From a virus (lineage: Duplodnaviria > Caudoviricetes): a stretch of 38,233 nt of DNA. The notes under the pieces are model-generated. The model worked only from the letters and a program-made list of their open reading frames with translations, was not told the DNA's origin and did no database searches. Made by a program: the position numbers and the translations under genes. Where the stretch lies: IMG/VR virus record IMGVR_UViG_3300020042_008980, positions 1 to 38,233 of that record. One strand, written 5' to 3'. Position 1 is the first letter of the stretch; the number at the start of each line of letters is the position of its first letter. Shown here piece after piece: positions 34,940 to 38,233 of this stretch.

Positions 34940-37141
34940 ATGCAAAGACCAAGTCTAGGGCTTATGCTTATCTGTAAGGATGAGCTACACAATTTTCCAC
35001 AGTTATTAGAATCAGTAGAGGGGTGTGTTGACGAAGTTTTCGTAGCTGACACTGGCTCAACTGATGGCACCTTAGAATATCTACAAAAATTAGCAGTAGA
35101 GGGTTACAAAGGAATGAAGGTGCATCTACATCAATTTGTTTGGTGTGATGATTTTGGTGCCGCTCGTAACTTCATCTTTGAAAAAGTCACTACAGACTAC
35201 GTGCTTTGGTTAGACTTAGATGACGTTCTACAAAACAAAGAAGCATTCATACAATGGCGTAACGTAGCTATGGAACTTTCTGATTACTGGCTCGCTACTT
35301 ATCACTACGGAAGTGATGGCGCTGGTAAGCCTGTTTGCTCATTCGCTCGTGAAAGAGTGCTCAAAGTAGATAAAGGCTTTAAGTGGGGCTACCCCATTCA
35401 TGAGGGTATTTTACCTAAAAGCCCACACACCAAAGACATTAGAATTAACTACATAGGCACTTGGTCAGTTAAACACAAGCGCACTATGGATGAATTGCAA
35501 GGCGATAGAGGTAGAAACCTTAGGATACTTGAGGGGCTTAAAAATAAAGACGCTCGCATGAAGTATTATTACGGTAAAGAATTGTTTGATGCTGGTAAAC
35601 CAGTAGATGCTATTCGCTGGCTTATGGAGGCAGTGAGTGACCCTAAGTGTGAAAACCATGACAGACTTCTAGGCCTTCAATATGCAACCTATGCGTACAT
35701 GGCCTGTAATCAATTTGAACAAGCCATACAGATAGCCCACCAAGGTTTACAGCTAGACGTAAATAGAGCGGAGTTTTGGGTGGCTATTGGAGATTCCTAC
35801 ATAAAGATGAATCAACCAATGAAAGCTATACCTGCTTTTTCAGCGGCTAAAAACTGCAGCTATCAGACACCACAAAGTAACGGTGGAATGGCCGGAATGG
35901 TGTTCTTATCTGAGGCTTGTTATACGAGCTACCCTCGCGAACAAATGGCTAGAATATTCGCAAACTATGGTGTCATGGACAAGGCACTATCTGAGGCCAC
36001 AGAAGCCACCAACATGGGAAGTGTTGAGGCAGCTAAGCTACTAGAAGAAATTACAAGAATATCTAATGTGAGTGCGGTTAAAGCTGCAGATACCCTAGAG
36101 CAAACTGAGGACATTGTAATCTCCGCACCCCCGGGCGCGCAAATGTATGAGTGGGATTGGGATATTGCTAAAGAGCGTGGAATAGGCGGAAGCGAGACTG
36201 CAGCGGTGCAGATGGCTTATCACTTGCATAAGCTAACAGGCCGCAAGGTTAAAGTGTTCAATGGCCGCTCAGTGGATAAGGTATGCGAAGGTGTTGAGTA
36301 CATCTCAAATACTAAGATAAATGAGTATTGCAGTAAGTATTTACCTAAAGTTCACATAGCGTGGCGGCACACTATTCAAGTCACTCCTGCCCCCACTAAA
36401 GTATGGTCACATGATCTTATAACCCCCGGCATAGACCGTCTGTCTCCCAATCAAGAACTAATGTGTCTTTCCTCATTTCACAAAGACTATGCGATGGCTA
36501 TGCAGGGGGTAACTGCAGATAAAATATGGGTGACTAGAAACGGTATAGACCCCAAGAGATTTGAAGGTAAAAAGCTAGATAAAGTCTATGGGAAAGTCAT
36601 GTTTCCTAGCTCGCCTGATAGGGGCCTAGACCAAGCCCTACTCATAATGGATATGGTGGTGAAAGAGATACCTGAAGCCACGCTAGATGTCTTTTACGGC
36701 ACAGATAACATGCGAAAAATGGGCATGACCGCACAAGCAGAGAAAATAGAAGCTGAATTGAGGGCTCGTCCCTACGTTAAGTATCACGGCAATGTGCAAC
36801 AGGATGTTTTGGCCGATCACTTTATGCAATCTGAAGTGTGGTTATACCCTGCTCACTTTATAGAAACTTTCTGCATCACTGCGTTAGAATCTATGGCGAG
36901 TAAGTGCTATCCGGTAGCTACGGCTATTGGAGCCTTAAAGAATACTATCGGGCAGTTTTCAGAACTTGGAATGGCCGATTTGTTCCATGAAAGAGCCGAT
37001 AACGTAGCTAACCAAGAGAAATACGCAAAGGCCGTAATTGATGCCATCAAAGAGCAGAAATGGCGAAAGATTGACTATCCGCTAGATAAAATTAGCTGGG
37101 AGTCGGTGGCAAAAGATTGGGTAGAGAAGTTTAGTCTATGA
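34940..37141 (+). CDS. Fused glycosyltransferase: GT2 (GT-A) + TPR + GT4-like (GT-B)
   Basis: LICKDE, DTGSTDGT, WCDDFGAARN, WLDLDD, IHE (GT2); TPR-like helices; GIGGSET, RNGID, SSPDRGL, ETFCITALESMA (GT-B). Confidence 0.9.
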   Translation: MQRPSLGLMLICKDELHNFPQLLESVEGCVDEVFVADTGSTDGTLEYLQKLAVEGYKGMKVHLHQFVWCDDFGAARNFIFEKVTTDYVLWLDLDDVLQNKEAFIQWRNVAMELSDYWLATYHYGSDGAGKPVCSFARERVLKVDKGFKWGYPIHEGILPKSPHTKDIRINYIGTWSVKHKRTMDELQGDRGRNLRILEGLKNKDARMKYYYGKELFDAGKPVDAIRWLMEAVSDPKCENHDRLLGLQYATYAYMACNQFEQAIQIAHQGLQLDVNRAEFWVAIGDSYIKMNQPMKAIPAFSAAKNCSYQTPQSNGGMAGMVFLSEACYTSYPREQMARIFANYGVMDKALSEATEATNMGSVEAAKLLEEITRISNVSAVKAADTLEQTEDIVISAPPGAQMYEWDWDIAKERGIGGSETAAVQMAYHLHKLTGRKVKVFNGRSVDKVCEGVEYISNTKINEYCSKYLPKVHIAWRHTIQVTPAPTKVWSHDLITPGIDRLSPNQELMCLSSFHKDYAMAMQGVTADKIWVTRNGIDPKRFEGKKLDKVYGKVMFPSSPDRGLDQALLIMDMVVKEIPEATLDVFYGTDNMRKMGMTAQAEKIEAELRARPYVKYHGNVQQDVLADHFMQSEVWLYPAHFIETFCITALESMASKCYPVATAIGALKNTIGQFSELGMADLFHERADNVANQEKYAKAVIDAIKEQKWRKIDYPLDKISWESVAKDWVEKFSL

Positions 37142-38233
37142 AATTACTTCTAGGTAATTGCCTAGAGGTTTTAAAAACACTTCCAGACAATTCAATAGAT
37201 GCGGTTGTAACAGATCCACCTTATGGATTAAAATTCATGGGCAAGAAGTGGGATTATGATGTTCCAAGCGTTGAAACTTGGCGAGAAGTCATGCGTGTTC
37301 TTAAGCATGGCGGCCACGCACTCATCGCGTGTGGCACTCGCACTCAGCATAGAATGGCTGTGAATATAGAAGACGCAGGCTTTGAGATACGTGATGTTAT
37401 CACTTGGTTATATGGGAGTGGGTTTCCAAAAAGCTTAGATATTTCAAAAGCGATTGATAAGAGTGCTGGCGCTGAGAGAGAAGTTATTGGCATAGGTAAT
37501 CGGCATAATTCTAAAGAGTTTGGTGGAGAAAAATACGGAGAATTTGCAGGCGGTATTCCACCTATCACAGCACCCTCAACCGATGAAGCAAAAGAATGGC
37601 AAGGATGGGGCACGGCCCTTAAGCCAGCGTGTGAGTTCTGGACGTTAGCCCGCAAGCCATTATCTGAATCTACCGTTGCAAAGAACGTATTGAAGTGGGG
37701 AGTTGGTGGAATAAACGTTGATGGTTGTAGGGTGAAGACAACTAGCAAAGATATAGAGGGTATGCTTAGAACAAAAGGTACCAATATAAAATCAGGAAAA
37801 CTTGTAGGCGGCATAGGTGATTATACGCCGCCAGCGCCTAGTAATTTAGGCCGCTTTCCAGCGAATCTAATCTTAGACGAGCAAGCTGCTTTTGATTTGG
37901 ATGCGCAGAGTGGGATTAGTAAGGGCGGAAAACTATCCTTAAATAGCGAGAGTGGACGAACGGCAATCTCGACACGAGCGCACAATGAAAGACAGCCAAA
38001 CTTATCCGATAGTGTATGTAACTATGGCGACTCAGGCGGCGCATCTCGTTTCTTCTACTGCGCGAAAGCAAGTAAAAGCGAGCGCAACGCTGGGCTTGAG
38101 GGTATGCCGGAAAAAGAATCTGGGGTTAAAAATGATAGCGGTCGGGGGTTTTCCGAAAGTGACCCTTATAAGAAAATCACTAACCAAAATTTCCACCCTA
38201 CAGTTAAACCCATCAAACTTATGGAATATCTAT
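37012..38233. repeat. Imperfect terminal repeat, copy 2
   Basis: Homologous to 1-1216, with many synonymous differences and four non-homologous segments. Confidence 0.97.
37138..38233 (+). CDS. Beta-class N6A/N4C DNA methyltransferase, allele B (runs off the window end; absent from the ORF track)
   Basis: Manual translation is open throughout: MKLLLGNC...TDPPYG...GFPKS...GWGTALKPA...GRFPAN...DSGGASRFFY...HPTVKPIKLMEYL. Confidence 0.92.
   Translation, partial: MKLLLGNCLEVLKTLPDNSIDAVVTDPPYGLKFMGKKWDYDVPSVETWREVMRVLKHGGHALIACGTRTQHRMAVNIEDAGFEIRDVITWLYGSGFPKSLDISKAIDKSAGAEREVIGIGNRHNSKEFGGEKYGEFAGGIPPITAPSTDEAKEWQGWGTALKPACEFWTLARKPLSESTVAKNVLKWGVGGINVDGCRVKTTSKDIEGMLRTKGTNIKSGKLVGGIGDYTPPAPSNLGRFPANLILDEQAAFDLDAQSGISKGGKLSLNSESGRTAISTRAHNERQPNLSDSVCNYGDSGGASRFFYCAKASKSERNAGLEGMPEKESGVKNDSGRGFSESDPYKKITNQNFHPTVKPIKLMEYL

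Overview
The window looks like a complete ~37.0 kb temperate, podovirus-like dsDNA phage genome in its excised (attP-containing) form. Bases 1-1216 are repeated imperfectly at 37012-38233. It carries terminase, portal, scaffold and capsid genes, adaptor, nozzle and ejection-protein genes, several fibre/spike genes, a holin/spanin cassette plus an M15 endolysin (implying a diderm host), a replication module, an SSAP, and a tyrosine integrase next to a 5' half-tRNA-Thr(GGT). The strongest signal is in the two terminal copies. They encode two alleles of a beta-class N6A/N4C DNA methyltransferase that are almost identical in five constant blocks but carry four unrelated in-frame cassettes of 23-38 aa, suggesting a cassette-shuffling and possibly multispecific methyltransferase. 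Other unusual features: a large terminase split into ATPase and nuclease genes 4.8 kb apart; a C5 methyltransferase with a second subunit overprinted in another frame; a GT2-TPR-GT4 glycosyltransferase in the structural operon; a recurrent TAATATA-N3-TATATTA intergenic palindrome; and several apparently leaderless genes. All product calls come from motif recognition and synteny by eye; no database searches were run.
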